From NCBI GenBank assembly GCA_965228895.1, contig OZ245842.1, positions 3,808,001-3,872,000 on the forward strand: a stretch of 64,000 bases of DNA, read 5' to 3'. Positions 1-10,454 of this stretch are shown here, in pieces. The notes beneath the pieces were generated by a model. That model was not told the DNA's origin. It worked only from the letters and a program-made list of their open reading frames with translations, and did not search any database. Both the position numbers and the translations under genes were made by a program. This DNA comes from Alphaproteobacteria bacterium. GTDB taxonomy: Bacteria > Pseudomonadota > Alphaproteobacteria > SP197. Every line of letters starts with the position of its first letter. The first letter of the stretch is position 1.

Positions 1-1
1 C

Positions 2-613
2 GATGTCGAAGAGGGCGCGGTCACGGCCGCCGTGGCGACCGACCAGATCGGCTCGCACTTGCTGGCGCTGTCGCCGGATTCCACCACCGCCTATGTCACA
101 AGCCGAGGTTCCGACACCTTCAGCGTCATTGATGTGGCACCGATGACACTGGTCGCGACGATCGAGGCCGGCACCGGACCGGAAGGCGTCGATGTCAGCC
201 CGGACGGCGCCGAACTATGGGTCGGCAACAATCAGTCGGAGAACATCATGATCTTCGACACCGGCTCGCTGGAACAGACGGCCGTGATCGACGTCGGTTT
301 CCTGCCCATCCGCGTGCTGTTCCAGCCCGATGGCAAGGTGGTTGCGGTGGCCGACTTGCGTGGCGATCGTATCGTGCTGCTCGCCGCCGCGACCCATGAC
401 GAAATCGCGGCGGTCGACCTCAACCCGGTCAAGGCTTACGCCCCTGCCTCGCTCCTGTTTTCGCCGGACGGCGCATTCCTGTATGCCGGCGCCCAGGACG
501 GTGCCATGGTCACCGAGATCGACACGGCCACGTGGCAAATCACACGCACCTTCGAAGCCGGCGCGGGCTCCGACGGCATGGCGATCAGCCCGGTTAAGGC
601 GGAGACGTCTTAA
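2..613 (+). CDS. YVTN/YncE-family beta-propeller protein (5' end outside window)
   Basis: Frame is open from base 2. Repeated blades of the form 'LALSPDSTTAYVT', 'GPEGVDVSPDGAELWVGN', 'FSPDGAFLYA'. Confidence 0.85.
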   Translation, partial: DVEEGAVTAAVATDQIGSHLLALSPDSTTAYVTSRGSDTFSVIDVAPMTLVATIEAGTGPEGVDVSPDGAELWVGNNQSENIMIFDTGSLEQTAVIDVGFLPIRVLFQPDGKVVAVADLRGDRIVLLAAATHDEIAAVDLNPVKAYAPASLLFSPDGAFLYAGAQDGAMVTEIDTATWQITRTFEAGAGSDGMAISPVKAETS

Positions 614-1860
614 CCGACCGCGATCAGCTCCCGCGGCGTATTCGACAAGACCTTCGTGCCTGTCTTGCCATAGATCAGCGTGTCGATCAGATCGGTTTTG
701 AACAGGCTCTCGAAGTTTGTCACCATGTTCTCCTCGAACACGCGGTCGAGATACTTGTCGTCGCCCAGGTGGAAGTAGAAGTCGCCGACCCAGTCCGGCG
801 GCAGGGACCAGCCGAGTTCGTAACCGAGACCCCAGCCTTCGGTCTCCGTCCAGATGCCGACGTCTTCGTAGTAAGCGCGCAGGCGCTTGATGACCTCGGC
901 GACGGTCATGCCGGCCTTGACGTCGGTCTTGATGACGTCAAACACGCCGGCCGACTTCTTGTACTGCTCGACCAGGCTTGGCGGTGGGTTGTCGCCGACG
1001 AAGTAACCGCGCAACGCGTTCGCATGATAGCGATTGAAGACGCCGCACAGATCGGCGGTCAGGATCTCGCCCGCCTCGATCACCTTGCGCGAGGCCAGCG
1101 CATGACCGTTCGACATCGGCACCTCGCCCGCCATGGGCGACGTGTTGAAGATCGGTATGAGCGCCGAGAACTCGCCGCCCGCCTCCATCATCGCGCCCAT
1201 CACCTTGCCGAACAGCGCGAGCTCCGTGATGCCGGGCTTGAGGTTGTCCATGATCGCCTGATGGCCGATGTCGCAGACTTCCATCGCTTTCTCGACATAG
1301 GCCAGTTCCTGCGGCGACTTTTGCCGGCGCGCGCGGCGCACCATCTCGCTCATGTCGGCGACCCGGCAGCCATGGGTCAGAAAGGCGCCTTCGAACATCG
1401 TGCTGATGGCGCGGTTCGGCAGGTAGCTCCAGAACTCCATGCCGACGGTGCCTTCAAGCCAGCCCTCTTTCTTCAACGCGTCCATGGTGTAGCGGATGTT
1501 AGGCTCGGCCTCGCGGTCCGGCGTATAGCGGTTGTCCTTCGAAACGGACGTGCGCGCCAGCACCGGTTCCTCGGTCGGGTTATCGAAGTGGATATAGCGG
1601 CCCGACGCCACGTGGACGGCGGTGCCGTAACACTGGGGGTAGCGCATCGGCGCCTGGCCCTTGTACCAGGAGGCCGTGAAACCGTGGATCCAGGCGACGC
1701 CCTCGGGCGATGTCACCCACAGCAGATCGAGCCCCTCCTCCTTCGCCATCGCGATCAGCTTGTCGAGCCTTGCCTGATACTCCTCCTCGGTAAACGGCAG
1801 CTCGACCGGCGCCATCTTCGAGGCGTCAAAATGGCCCGGCTGCAAGCCGACATTGGTCAT
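610..1860 (-). CDS. M24 (pita-bread fold) Xaa-Pro peptidase/creatinase/ectoine-hydrolase-like amidohydrolase
   Basis: 'FTEEEYQARL' N-domain, 'KSPQELAY', 'DLCGVFNRYHA', 'GYELGWSLPPDW' (DoeA/creatinase-like). Confidence 0.8.
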   Translation of the reverse strand: MTNVGLQPGHFDASKMAPVELPFTEEEYQARLDKLIAMAKEEGLDLLWVTSPEGVAWIHGFTASWYKGQAPMRYPQCYGTAVHVASGRYIHFDNPTEEPVLARTSVSKDNRYTPDREAEPNIRYTMDALKKEGWLEGTVGMEFWSYLPNRAISTMFEGAFLTHGCRVADMSEMVRRARRQKSPQELAYVEKAMEVCDIGHQAIMDNLKPGITELALFGKVMGAMMEAGGEFSALIPIFNTSPMAGEVPMSNGHALASRKVIEAGEILTADLCGVFNRYHANALRGYFVGDNPPPSLVEQYKKSAGVFDVIKTDVKAGMTVAEVIKRLRAYYEDVGIWTETEGWGLGYELGWSLPPDWVGDFYFHLGDDKYLDRVFEENMVTNFESLFKTDLIDTLIYGKTGTKVLSNTPRELIAVG

Positions 1861-1875
1861 GGGGTCCCCCTTGGG

Positions 1876-2736
1876 TTAAGCGTTCTGTTGTTCTGCTTCG
1901 ATCACCGGGCACATGGCGCAGGCCGGATAGTCGCCGATGCCGAGCCCGTGCTCGGCCAGTTCCGGCAGCCAGTCGGGATCGGCGCCGCCCGGCGGGTCGG
2001 TGATCCGCGCGTCCTCGCCCAGCCATTGCACCGAGATCGAGCGGCGGCCGAGACCGGACGGCAGGTCGCCGGAACCGCCATGCACGGTCATGCCGTGAAA
2101 CACCAGGACGTCGCCCGGCTCCATCGGCCATGAAGCGATGTCGTACTTGTCCCGGTCGGCGCCGGAGAAGTCCGGTATGGGCATGCCGTCCAGGCCGTCG
2201 ATTTCCATGGTGCCGCCCAGGTGATTCTGTTCGAAATACGGGCGCTTCATCGGCCGGTCCCAAAGATGCGAGCCCTTGACGATCTCCAGCGCCGTGCCTT
2301 CGGGCACTGGGTCCAGCGATGTCCAGACACTCAGCGCGTGTCGACCCTCCGCGCTCCAGGATGTCTGATCCTGATGCCAGGGCGTGCGCGCCTTGGTGCC
2401 CGGCGAGCGCAGGAAGACCGTGACATAGAAGGCAAGCGCACGCTCCAGCCCCATCATCTGCGCCGCGACATGGCCGATCGGCGAGTGGGTGATGTAGTCC
2501 TCGTAGCAAGGGTTGGTCGTGACGGTCGCCGCATCGTGGAAGAATCGCTGGCCGGTCGTGTCGTCGCGCGCGTAGTCCACCGTGCGTTTGGTCGGGTGTT
2601 CGCGGTTCAGGTCCATGCCCGCGGCAATGACATCGCGCCATGGCGGGTCCAACACGCCCTTCACCACCACCGCGCCGTCGCGCTGGAATGCCTGGACCAG
2701 ATCATCGGACACGTCGAAGCGTTGGCATGCGATCAT
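1876..2736 (-). CDS. PhyH-family Fe(II)/2-oxoglutarate dioxygenase
   Basis: 'TPWHQD' (HxD), 'MEPGDVLVFHGMTVHG', 'RRSIS'. ATG at 2736 is preceded by GGGAGG. Confidence 0.88.
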   Translation of the reverse strand: MIACQRFDVSDDLVQAFQRDGAVVVKGVLDPPWRDVIAAGMDLNREHPTKRTVDYARDDTTGQRFFHDAATVTTNPCYEDYITHSPIGHVAAQMMGLERALAFYVTVFLRSPGTKARTPWHQDQTSWSAEGRHALSVWTSLDPVPEGTALEIVKGSHLWDRPMKRPYFEQNHLGGTMEIDGLDGMPIPDFSGADRDKYDIASWPMEPGDVLVFHGMTVHGGSGDLPSGLGRRSISVQWLGEDARITDPPGGADPDWLPELAEHGLGIGDYPACAMCPVIEAEQQNA

Positions 2737-2839
2737 GTGAGCCTCCCGCAAAAGAGCGGGAAAAGTAGATCATCGGTTGCGCCGGGCGACAAGCCAGAAG
2801 CCCCTCGACAGGACGTTTCCAGCTTGCAACCGTAGGGCT

Positions 2840-3766
2840 ATGGCAGAGCCTGGACCACATGAACTGCGCCTGATGCAGGGCCTGGCGCAAGAGGTCACCG
2901 CGCTCCGGCCGGAACTCTTGAACGGCGACGCGACCGTCGGCGAACTGGCCTGGGTCTGGGCCAAGGATCATGACACGCTCGGCCCGTACTGGCGCCACCG
3001 CATGTGGTTGGTCGACGGCAAACTGGCTGGTTGGGGTTGGGCGTGCCTGCCCTACCGGGTTCTGCGCGGCGACGGGACGTTGCGCGCGGCAACGGCGGCC
3101 AACCTGATCTGGCAGGTGCATCCCGACCGCCCGGCGCTGCTATCCGAGATCCTCGACTGGTACGACGATGTCGCCGCAAACGTCGACCGGCTGATGATTA
3201 TTCAGTCCGCGGATGATGCGGCACAAGCCATCGTCGGCAAACACGGCTACATCTTCGATGCCGACGATGACGAATGGATCCAGTTCAACATGCGGGACCT
3301 GACCGATATCCCCGATCCGGTGCTGCCGGAGGGTTTCCGCTTTCTGTCTGCCGGAGACATTTCGCTGGCCGACGCGGTGCAGGCGCATCGCGACGCGTGG
3401 CATCCGTCAGGGTTTACCGAGGCGGCGCTCAAGCGGGTGCGGCAGACATGGCCCTACCGGGCCGATCTACATGTGCTGATAGCGGCACCGGACGGTACGC
3501 TGGCCGCGACCGCGATTGTCTGGCTCGACGAGGCGACCCAGACCGCCGAGTTCGAGCCGGTAGGCACGCACCAAAAATTCCGGCGGCGCGGTTTGGGAAC
3601 CGCGTTGCAACTGTACGGCATGCAGCGCGCCAAAGCGGCGGGCGCGAACCGTATGCTTGTCGCGTGTCTTGGATCGCCGGCGCATCCGGCCGCGCGAACG
3701 ATGTACGAAGGTGTCGGCTTTCGCGCGATCACCCGGGACCTGCCGCAAATCAAGGCCGCGCCATAA
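2840..3766 (+). CDS. GNAT-family N-acetyltransferase
   Basis: C-terminal acetyl-CoA motif 'FEPVGTHQKFRRRGLGTAL' and 'AARTMYEGVGF'. Confidence 0.85.
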   Translation: MAEPGPHELRLMQGLAQEVTALRPELLNGDATVGELAWVWAKDHDTLGPYWRHRMWLVDGKLAGWGWACLPYRVLRGDGTLRAATAANLIWQVHPDRPALLSEILDWYDDVAANVDRLMIIQSADDAAQAIVGKHGYIFDADDDEWIQFNMRDLTDIPDPVLPEGFRFLSAGDISLADAVQAHRDAWHPSGFTEAALKRVRQTWPYRADLHVLIAAPDGTLAATAIVWLDEATQTAEFEPVGTHQKFRRRGLGTALQLYGMQRAKAAGANRMLVACLGSPAHPAARTMYEGVGFRAITRDLPQIKAAP

Positions 3767-3839
3767 CACGCGCAAGCCCGCTTGGCAGGGGGGCCAAAGT
3801 GCGTAGACTGTCGCCCAACATTCTAAGGGGAGATCCGCC

Positions 3840-4925
3840 ATGAAAGCCGCCGTCCTGCGCGAAGTGAACCAGCCTTTGTCGATCGAGGACGTGCAGATCG
3901 ACAACCCGAAGTCGCATGAGGTTCTGGTCCGTACCGCCGCCTGCGGTGTCTGCCACAGCGATCTCCACTATATCGAGGGCAAGTACGCCTGCCCGAAGCC
4001 GACCATCCTGGGCCACGAGTCAGCCGGCGTCGTCGAAAAGGTCGGTTCGGAGGTGCGCTACGTCAAACCGGGCGACCACGTGATCACCTGCCTCTCGGTC
4101 TTCTGCGGCCATTGCGAATACTGCACCACCGGGCGCCCGTTCAGCTGCCAGAACCCGGAGGTCGGCCGTGACGAGGACGAACCGCAGCGCATCACCCAGA
4201 ACGGCGGTGAGATGCACCAGTTCTACAGCCTCTCCTCCTTCGCCGAGCAGATGCTGATCCACGAACATGCGCTCGTGAAGGTGCGCAAGGACATGCCGCT
4301 CGACCGCGCCGCGCTCATCGGCTGCGGCGTCACCACCGGCTTCGGCGCCGTCATCAACACCGCCGATATCGAGGTCGGCAGCACGGTCGCCGTCATCGGC
4401 TGCGGCGGCATCGGCCTCTCCGCCATCAACGGTGCGGCGATCGCTGGCGCCGGGCGCATCATCGCCGTCGACATCTTGGGCTCGAAGCTGAACCTCGCCA
4501 AACACTTCGGCGCGACCGACGTGGTCAACGCCGCCGACACCGACCCGGTCGAGGCCGTCAAGGAAATGACCTCGGGCGGCGTCGAATATTCGTTCGAAGC
4601 GTTGGGCCTGAAGAAGACCGCCGAACAGGCGTTCCAGATGCTGCGTCCCTCGGGTGCGGCAACCATCATCGGCATGGTGCCCGAAGGCGACATGCTGGAG
4701 ATCCACGGCGCCGACTTGCTTGACGACAAGCGCCTGCAGGGCTCCAACATGGGCTCCAACGCCTTCCGCGTCGACATGCCGCGCTTCTGCGACTTCTATC
4801 TGGACGGCAAGCTGAAGCTGGACGACATGATCTCCGCGCGCATTCCGATCGAAGGCATCAACGAAGCCTTCGACGAAATGAAACGCGGCGAGGTCGCGCG
4901 CAGCGTCATCGTCTTCGATACATGA
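3840..4925 (+). CDS. Zn-dependent alcohol dehydrogenase (MDR, class III-like)
   Basis: 'CHSD', 'GHESAG', structural Zn 'CGHCEYC...C', 'GCGGIG'. Confidence 0.95.
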   Translation: MKAAVLREVNQPLSIEDVQIDNPKSHEVLVRTAACGVCHSDLHYIEGKYACPKPTILGHESAGVVEKVGSEVRYVKPGDHVITCLSVFCGHCEYCTTGRPFSCQNPEVGRDEDEPQRITQNGGEMHQFYSLSSFAEQMLIHEHALVKVRKDMPLDRAALIGCGVTTGFGAVINTADIEVGSTVAVIGCGGIGLSAINGAAIAGAGRIIAVDILGSKLNLAKHFGATDVVNAADTDPVEAVKEMTSGGVEYSFEALGLKKTAEQAFQMLRPSGAATIIGMVPEGDMLEIHGADLLDDKRLQGSNMGSNAFRVDMPRFCDFYLDGKLKLDDMISARIPIEGINEAFDEMKRGEVARSVIVFDT

Positions 4926-5455
4926 GCGAAGCCCGCATCGTCATCATTGGCAATGCGGGCGGTGGCAAGTCGACGCTGGCGCGGGCCATGGCGGCCCGTC
5001 GCGACCTGCCGCTGGTCGAGGTCGACAAGCTGCTGTGGCAGCCCGACTGGTCAGAAATCTCCGACACCGACTACGAGGCCCAGCACGCGCCGCTGATCGC
5101 GAGCGAGAAGTGGATGATCGAGGGTCTCGGCAAACTCGCGACGATCCGCGACCGCATGTTGCGCGCGACCTGGATCATCCTGATCGACATGCCGATCTGG
5201 ATGCATTTCTGGCTAGCCGCCGAACGCCAGATCGCTTGGGCCAAGGGCGAGCTCGAACATCCGCCCGCCGGCAATCACACGTTCATCACCACCCGCGACA
5301 TGTTCGAGACCCTGTGGGAGACCGAACAGGAGATGATGCCGACCATCCGCGCCAACGTGGACGAGGCCGAAGCCGCCGGCATCAAGGTGACGCGGATCGC
5401 GTCCGTGGATGACTTGAATGCGTTTACGGAAGCGATGACGGGCAACGCTGCCTGA
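4922..5455 (+). CDS. P-loop adenylate-kinase-like protein (FlaR/topology-modulation type)
   Basis: 'IIGNAGGGKSTLA', 'DKLLWQPDW', 'WMIEG'. ATGA overlap with the ADH stop. Confidence 0.75.
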   Translation: MSEARIVIIGNAGGGKSTLARAMAARRDLPLVEVDKLLWQPDWSEISDTDYEAQHAPLIASEKWMIEGLGKLATIRDRMLRATWIILIDMPIWMHFWLAAERQIAWAKGELEHPPAGNHTFITTRDMFETLWETEQEMMPTIRANVDEAEAAGIKVTRIASVDDLNAFTEAMTGNAA

Positions 5456-5559
5456 TCGTTAGCTGCGGCGGGGATGTCACCGTTTTGGTAGTGCGCGGCC
5501 GAGGATCGTCCTAACGTCTCTACCTAGGCTGCGATAGGTCGGCTGGAAGGGGACCCATC

Positions 5560-6714
5560 ATGGACATCAGCGACGCGGCGCGGCGACTTCATGATTCCGC
5601 GATCGTGATCGACACCCATGTCGACACCGTGGTTCGTTGGCTTGACCTCGACGAGGACCTGGGAACCGCGACCGGCAACGGCTACATGGACCTGCCTCTT
5701 ATGAAGCAGGGCAACCTGACGGCATCGTTCTTTGCCTGCTGCGTCGGATTTCACCATGTCGCGGAGGGCACCGCGATCCGCCGCTGTCTCGACATGATCG
5801 ACGGCGTCAAGGAGATCTGCAGCGCCTATCCCGACGAGATCGAAGTGGCGTTGAGCGCCCAAGATGTCAGACGTATCGCCGGGGCGGGCAAGCTCGCCGC
5901 GATCATCGCCATCGAGGGCGGCCATGCCATCGACGACGACATCCGCGTGCTGCGCCAGTACTTCGACCTCGGTGTGCGCTACATGTCGCTCACCCATTTC
6001 AACACGCACAACTGGGCGGACTCGGCGACGGATACCGCGCGCCATGACGGGCTCAGCGCCTTCGGCCGCGACGTCGTCGCGGAAATGAACCGTCTCGGCA
6101 TGATGGTCGACGTCTCGCACGCCTCCGACAAAGTGTTCTGGGACGTCATCGCGATGACCGAAAAGCCGGTCATGGCATCGCACTCGTCGATGCGGGCTCT
6201 GGTCGACCATCCCCGCAACATGACCGACGAGATGGCCAAGGCCGTCGCCGACAACAACGGTGTCGTCTGCGTCACCGCCTGGCCGGAATACATCTCGCAA
6301 GACTACTGGCAGGGCCTGGAGAACCTTGCCGACCGCCTGTCCAACCGCGGCGACGGTGCCAACCGCCGGGCTAGCGCATCGGGCACGACCTCGGCCATCT
6401 TCGACCTGATGGCGCTGGTGCGCGGCGACCGCACCAAGAGCTACAACGTCTTGGCCGACGCCGACATCCCCTTCCCCACGCTGGAAGACCTGCTCGACCA
6501 CATCGACCATGCGGTCGGTGTCGCCGGCATCGATCATGTCGGCGTCGGTACCGACCATGGCGCCATTCGTTTCGACATTGTCGGCATGGAAGACTGCACC
6601 AAACTTCCGGTCTTGACCGAAAGCCTGCTGCGGCGCGGTTACGGCGAAGAAGACGTCCGCAAGATCCTGGGCGAGAACGTGCTGCGCGTCATGGCGGACG
6701 CGATCGGCGCGTGA
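5560..6714 (+). CDS. M19 membrane/renal dipeptidase-family protein
   Basis: 'DTHVDT', 'IEGG', 'MVDVSH', 'ASHS', 'HPRNMTD', 'GVGTDH'. Confidence 0.92.
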   Translation: MDISDAARRLHDSAIVIDTHVDTVVRWLDLDEDLGTATGNGYMDLPLMKQGNLTASFFACCVGFHHVAEGTAIRRCLDMIDGVKEICSAYPDEIEVALSAQDVRRIAGAGKLAAIIAIEGGHAIDDDIRVLRQYFDLGVRYMSLTHFNTHNWADSATDTARHDGLSAFGRDVVAEMNRLGMMVDVSHASDKVFWDVIAMTEKPVMASHSSMRALVDHPRNMTDEMAKAVADNNGVVCVTAWPEYISQDYWQGLENLADRLSNRGDGANRRASASGTTSAIFDLMALVRGDRTKSYNVLADADIPFPTLEDLLDHIDHAVGVAGIDHVGVGTDHGAIRFDIVGMEDCTKLPVLTESLLRRGYGEEDVRKILGENVLRVMADAIGA

Positions 6715-6717
6715 GCC

Positions 6718-8496
6718 TCAGCCGTAGAGCGCTTCCAGCCGGTCGCCGTAGATCTCTTTCACCACGTGGCGGCGGACCTTCAGTGTCGGGGTCATCTGGT
6801 TGTTCTCGACGGTGAAGGGTTCGGCCGCGACCATGAAGCGTTTGACCTTTTCGATCTGGGCGAGCTTCTGGTTGGCGCGGTCGACAGCGTCGCGCAACGC
6901 GCCGCGGAAACCCTTGTCGTCGGCCAGCGCTGCGAGATCCCGCGCCGCTCCCGCTTGTTTCGCATAGTCCTTGATGAACGCCTCGTCGGGCACCAGAAGC
7001 GCGACCAGATGGGGGCGCTTGTCGCCGACAACCATGGCCTGGGCAATTTCCGGCTCCAATGTCAGAATCCCCTCGACACGCTGGGGCGCCAGGTTGTCGC
7101 CGCCGGAGTTGACGATGATGTCCTTCTTGCGGTCGGTAATCTGTAGATAACCGTCGTCGTCGACCAGGCCGATATCGCCGGTATGGAGCCAGCCGTCCTT
7201 GATCGCCTCGGCGGTGGTCTCCGGGTTGTTCCAGTAGCCGTCCATGACCAGGCCGCCCTTGACCAGGATCTCGCCGTCCTCAGCAATCTTCACCTCGACC
7301 TCCGGCAGGGGCGTGCCGACCGTATGCATCTTGACCGCACCCGGCGGGTTGCAGCTGACCACCGGCGCCGATTCCGTCTGTCCGTAACCCTGCAGCAAGG
7401 TGACGCCGAGCGCGTTGAAGAACTTGCCGACATCGGGGTTCAAGGGCGCGCCGCCGCTGACCATGGCTTTCAGCCGGCCGCCGAAGCGCTGGCGCACTTT
7501 CTCGCGCACCAGCCGTTCCATGGCGCAATCGACCAGCTTCTCGCCCAGGCCGAGCCGGGAATCGGGATCGTTTTTCTTCAGGCCCAGGGCGAGCGTCTTA
7601 TTGAAAAACTTTTCCTTCTTGCCGCCTTCGCGCGCGACACCGGCCAGGATGCGCTGGCGCATGACCTCATAGAGCCGGGGCACGCAGGTCATGATCGTCG
7701 GCCGGACCTCGACCATGTTGTTGGTCAGGGTGTCCGCGCCTTCCGCATAGTAAATCTCCGCGCCGACTGAGATGGGAAACAGGAATCCGCAGGTGTGTTC
7801 ATAGGAGTGCGACAGCGGCAGGAATGAGAGAAAGATCTCGGTGCCCGACAGGATCGGCTCGAAGGCGATGCGAATGCTGCGGATGTTCGAGAGCAGCGCA
7901 TGGTGCGACAGGATGACGCCCTTGGGCAGGCCGCCGGTACCAGATGTATAGATGAAACAGGCGGGATGGCCGCGCTCGATGGTCGCGGCGACCGCCTCGA
8001 CATCGTCCGGCAGTGCCGCACCCTTTTCCTTCAGCGCATCCCACGTCAGGACGTCGACGCCGTCATGGACTTCGACCGGCGCCATGGTGACGACATGAGC
8101 GGCTCCGGTGCGTTTGGCCGCGGGCAGCAGCCGTTCGGCGAGCGGCGCGGTCGAGACGATCGCGACCCTGGCGCCGCTATCGGCGATAATGTGCTCGTTC
8201 AGCGCTTCGGTGTTGGTCGTATAGGCTGGCACGGTGATAGCGCCCGCCGCCATGATGGCGAGATCGGCGACCACCCAGTTGGGCCGGTTTTCTGAGATCA
8301 GCATGACCCGGTCGCCCGCCTTGACCTCCAAAGCGCGCAGGCCGCGCGACACCGCCTTGACCTCGTCGGCCACCTGCCCCCAGGTCTGCGGGCGGTACTG
8401 GCCGTCATGTTTTGACCACATAAACGGTTGATCAGCGTGTTTTGCCGCCTGCTCGAAGAACATCGTCGCCAGATTTGGCCACGGATCCTGGTTCAT
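6718..8496 (-). CDS. Long-chain fatty acid-CoA ligase (AMP-binding)
   Basis: 'YTSGTGGLPKG', 'GYGQTE', 'GWLHTGD', 'TPTLKVRR'. Confidence 0.93.
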   Translation of the reverse strand: MNQDPWPNLATMFFEQAAKHADQPFMWSKHDGQYRPQTWGQVADEVKAVSRGLRALEVKAGDRVMLISENRPNWVVADLAIMAAGAITVPAYTTNTEALNEHIIADSGARVAIVSTAPLAERLLPAAKRTGAAHVVTMAPVEVHDGVDVLTWDALKEKGAALPDDVEAVAATIERGHPACFIYTSGTGGLPKGVILSHHALLSNIRSIRIAFEPILSGTEIFLSFLPLSHSYEHTCGFLFPISVGAEIYYAEGADTLTNNMVEVRPTIMTCVPRLYEVMRQRILAGVAREGGKKEKFFNKTLALGLKKNDPDSRLGLGEKLVDCAMERLVREKVRQRFGGRLKAMVSGGAPLNPDVGKFFNALGVTLLQGYGQTESAPVVSCNPPGAVKMHTVGTPLPEVEVKIAEDGEILVKGGLVMDGYWNNPETTAEAIKDGWLHTGDIGLVDDDGYLQITDRKKDIIVNSGGDNLAPQRVEGILTLEPEIAQAMVVGDKRPHLVALLVPDEAFIKDYAKQAGAARDLAALADDKGFRGALRDAVDRANQKLAQIEKVKRFMVAAEPFTVENNQMTPTLKVRRHVVKEIYGDRLEALYG

Positions 8497-8567
8497 GGCA
8501 TGTGCGCCCTGATTGTGAAGCCTGCCCATGACCTAGATAGTGAGACAGCAGCCGCGTGACAATTCGT

Positions 8568-8596
8568 TTGGCAGGAAACCGATCCGTCCCCCATAT
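8568..8596 (+). promoter_or_regulatory. Putative RpoH-like promoter of the oligoendopeptidase gene
   Basis: TTG-N18-CCCCATAT about 35 nt upstream of the ATG; resemblance to the heat-shock consensus only. Confidence 0.35.
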
Positions 8597-8630
8597 GCTG
8601 ACGTAGCAAAAAAGCAAATGAGTGAGTTGA

Positions 8631-10442
8631 ATGGCCGAAACTTCCGCGCAGAGCACTTCCGAACAAGACAAACTGGGCGACTTGCCCGAGTGGGACCTCT
8701 CCGACCTCTATGCGGGGCCGGACGACCTGGCGATCAACGTCGACCTGGATGAGTCGAATGCCGAGGCCCAGGCCTTTGAGAAGGACCTGAAGGGCAAGCT
8801 CGACACCATCGACGGCGCCGGCTTCGCCACCGCGCTCAAGCGCTACGAGGCCATGCAGGACCGGCTCGGCCGGGTCGGCAGCTACGCCCAGCTGCTCTAC
8901 GCCGGCAACCTGACCGATCCGGAAATCGGCCGCTTCGCCCAATCGGTCCAGGAACGCCTGACCGACATCTCCAGCCACCTTCTGTTCTTCGCGCTGGAGA
9001 TCAACAAACTCGACGACGCCACCTTCGAGAAGCTGCTGGTCTCGCCGGCGCTCGCCCACTACGTCCCCTGGCTGAAAGACGCACGCCTGTTCCGGCCTCA
9101 TCAGCTCTCCGACGAGGCCGAGGCCATGCTGCATGAGATGAGCGTGGTCGGCGATGCCGCCTGGAACCGGCTGTTCGACGAGACCATCGCCGGCCTGCGC
9201 TTCGAGATCGGCGGCGAGAGCCTGACAGAATCGGAAGCGCTCGACCTGTTGTCGTCCCAGGACGGCGACAAGCGCCGGGAAGCGGCCAAGGAGTTGGCCC
9301 GTGTCTTCAAGGCGAATGAAAAACTCTTCGCGCTGATCACCAACACGCTGGCGAAATCGAAGGCGATCGACGACGGCTGGCGGCAGTTCGCGCGGCCGAT
9401 CTCCTACCGGAATCTGTCGAACCAGGTCGAGGACGAGGTGGTCGATGCCCTGATCGCCGCGGTCCAGGCCGCCTACCCCAACCTGTCGCACCGCTATTAC
9501 GCCATGAAGGCCAAATGGATGGGCGGCGACAAGCTCGACTGGTGGGACCGCAACGCGCCGCTCCCCGATGACGACGACCGCCAGATCCCGTGGGATGAGG
9601 CGCGCGCCACCGTGCTCGGCGCCTATGGCGACTTCGCACCGGAAATGGCCGAGATCGCCGAGGGGTTCTTCGACCGCCACTGGATCGACGCCCCGGCGCG
9701 TCCCGGCAAGGCTGGCGGCGCCTTCGCCCATCCGACCGTGCCCAGCGCGCATCCCTTCGTGCTCTTGAACTACCAGGGCAAGACCCGCGACGTCATGACC
9801 CTGGCCCATGAGCTCGGCCACGGCGTGCATCAGGTGCTGGCCGCCGAGCAGGGCCCGCTGCTCGCCTCGACACCGCTGACGCTGGCCGAAACCGCGTCGG
9901 TCTTTGGCGAGCAGTTGACCTTCCGGCGTCTCTTGAACACCGAGACCGATCCCAAGCGTCGGCGCACGATCCTGGCCGCCAAGGTCGAGGACATGCTGAA
10001 CACGGTGGTCCGCCAGATCGCGTTCTGCGAGTTCGAGCGAAGGGTGCACGATGCCCGGCGCGACGGCGAATTGACGCCCGAAGCGATCGGCGAGTTATGG
10101 ATGGGCGTGCAGACCGAGAGCCTGGGCCCGGCGCTCGTCTTCGACGACGACTACCGGAGTTACTGGAGCTACATCCCCCACTTCATCCACTCGCCGTTCT
10201 ATGTCTATGCCTATGCCTTCGGCGATTGCCTGGTGAACGCGCTCTACGCCCACTACCAGGAGGCCGAAGAAGGTTTCCAGGCGCGTTTCTTCGAGATGCT
10301 GAAGGCCGGCGGCTCCAAGCGCCACAAGGAGCTTCTGGCGCCGTTCGGCCTCGACGCCTCGGACCCCGGCTTCTGGTCGAAAGGGCTCAGCATCATCGGC
10401 GGGTTCATCGACGAATTGGAAGCCGCCGATGCGGCGGCCTGA
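8631..10442 (+). CDS. pepF: M3B oligoendopeptidase F
   Basis: 'WDLSDLY' N-terminus, 'HELGHGVH' (HExxH), 'AETASVF', 'HFIHSPFYVYAYAFG'. Confidence 0.93.
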   Translation: MAETSAQSTSEQDKLGDLPEWDLSDLYAGPDDLAINVDLDESNAEAQAFEKDLKGKLDTIDGAGFATALKRYEAMQDRLGRVGSYAQLLYAGNLTDPEIGRFAQSVQERLTDISSHLLFFALEINKLDDATFEKLLVSPALAHYVPWLKDARLFRPHQLSDEAEAMLHEMSVVGDAAWNRLFDETIAGLRFEIGGESLTESEALDLLSSQDGDKRREAAKELARVFKANEKLFALITNTLAKSKAIDDGWRQFARPISYRNLSNQVEDEVVDALIAAVQAAYPNLSHRYYAMKAKWMGGDKLDWWDRNAPLPDDDDRQIPWDEARATVLGAYGDFAPEMAEIAEGFFDRHWIDAPARPGKAGGAFAHPTVPSAHPFVLLNYQGKTRDVMTLAHELGHGVHQVLAAEQGPLLASTPLTLAETASVFGEQLTFRRLLNTETDPKRRRTILAAKVEDMLNTVVRQIAFCEFERRVHDARRDGELTPEAIGELWMGVQTESLGPALVFDDDYRSYWSYIPHFIHSPFYVYAYAFGDCLVNALYAHYQEAEEGFQARFFEMLKAGGSKRHKELLAPFGLDASDPGFWSKGLSIIGGFIDELEAADAAA

Positions 10443-10454
10443 GACGAAGCGCCC

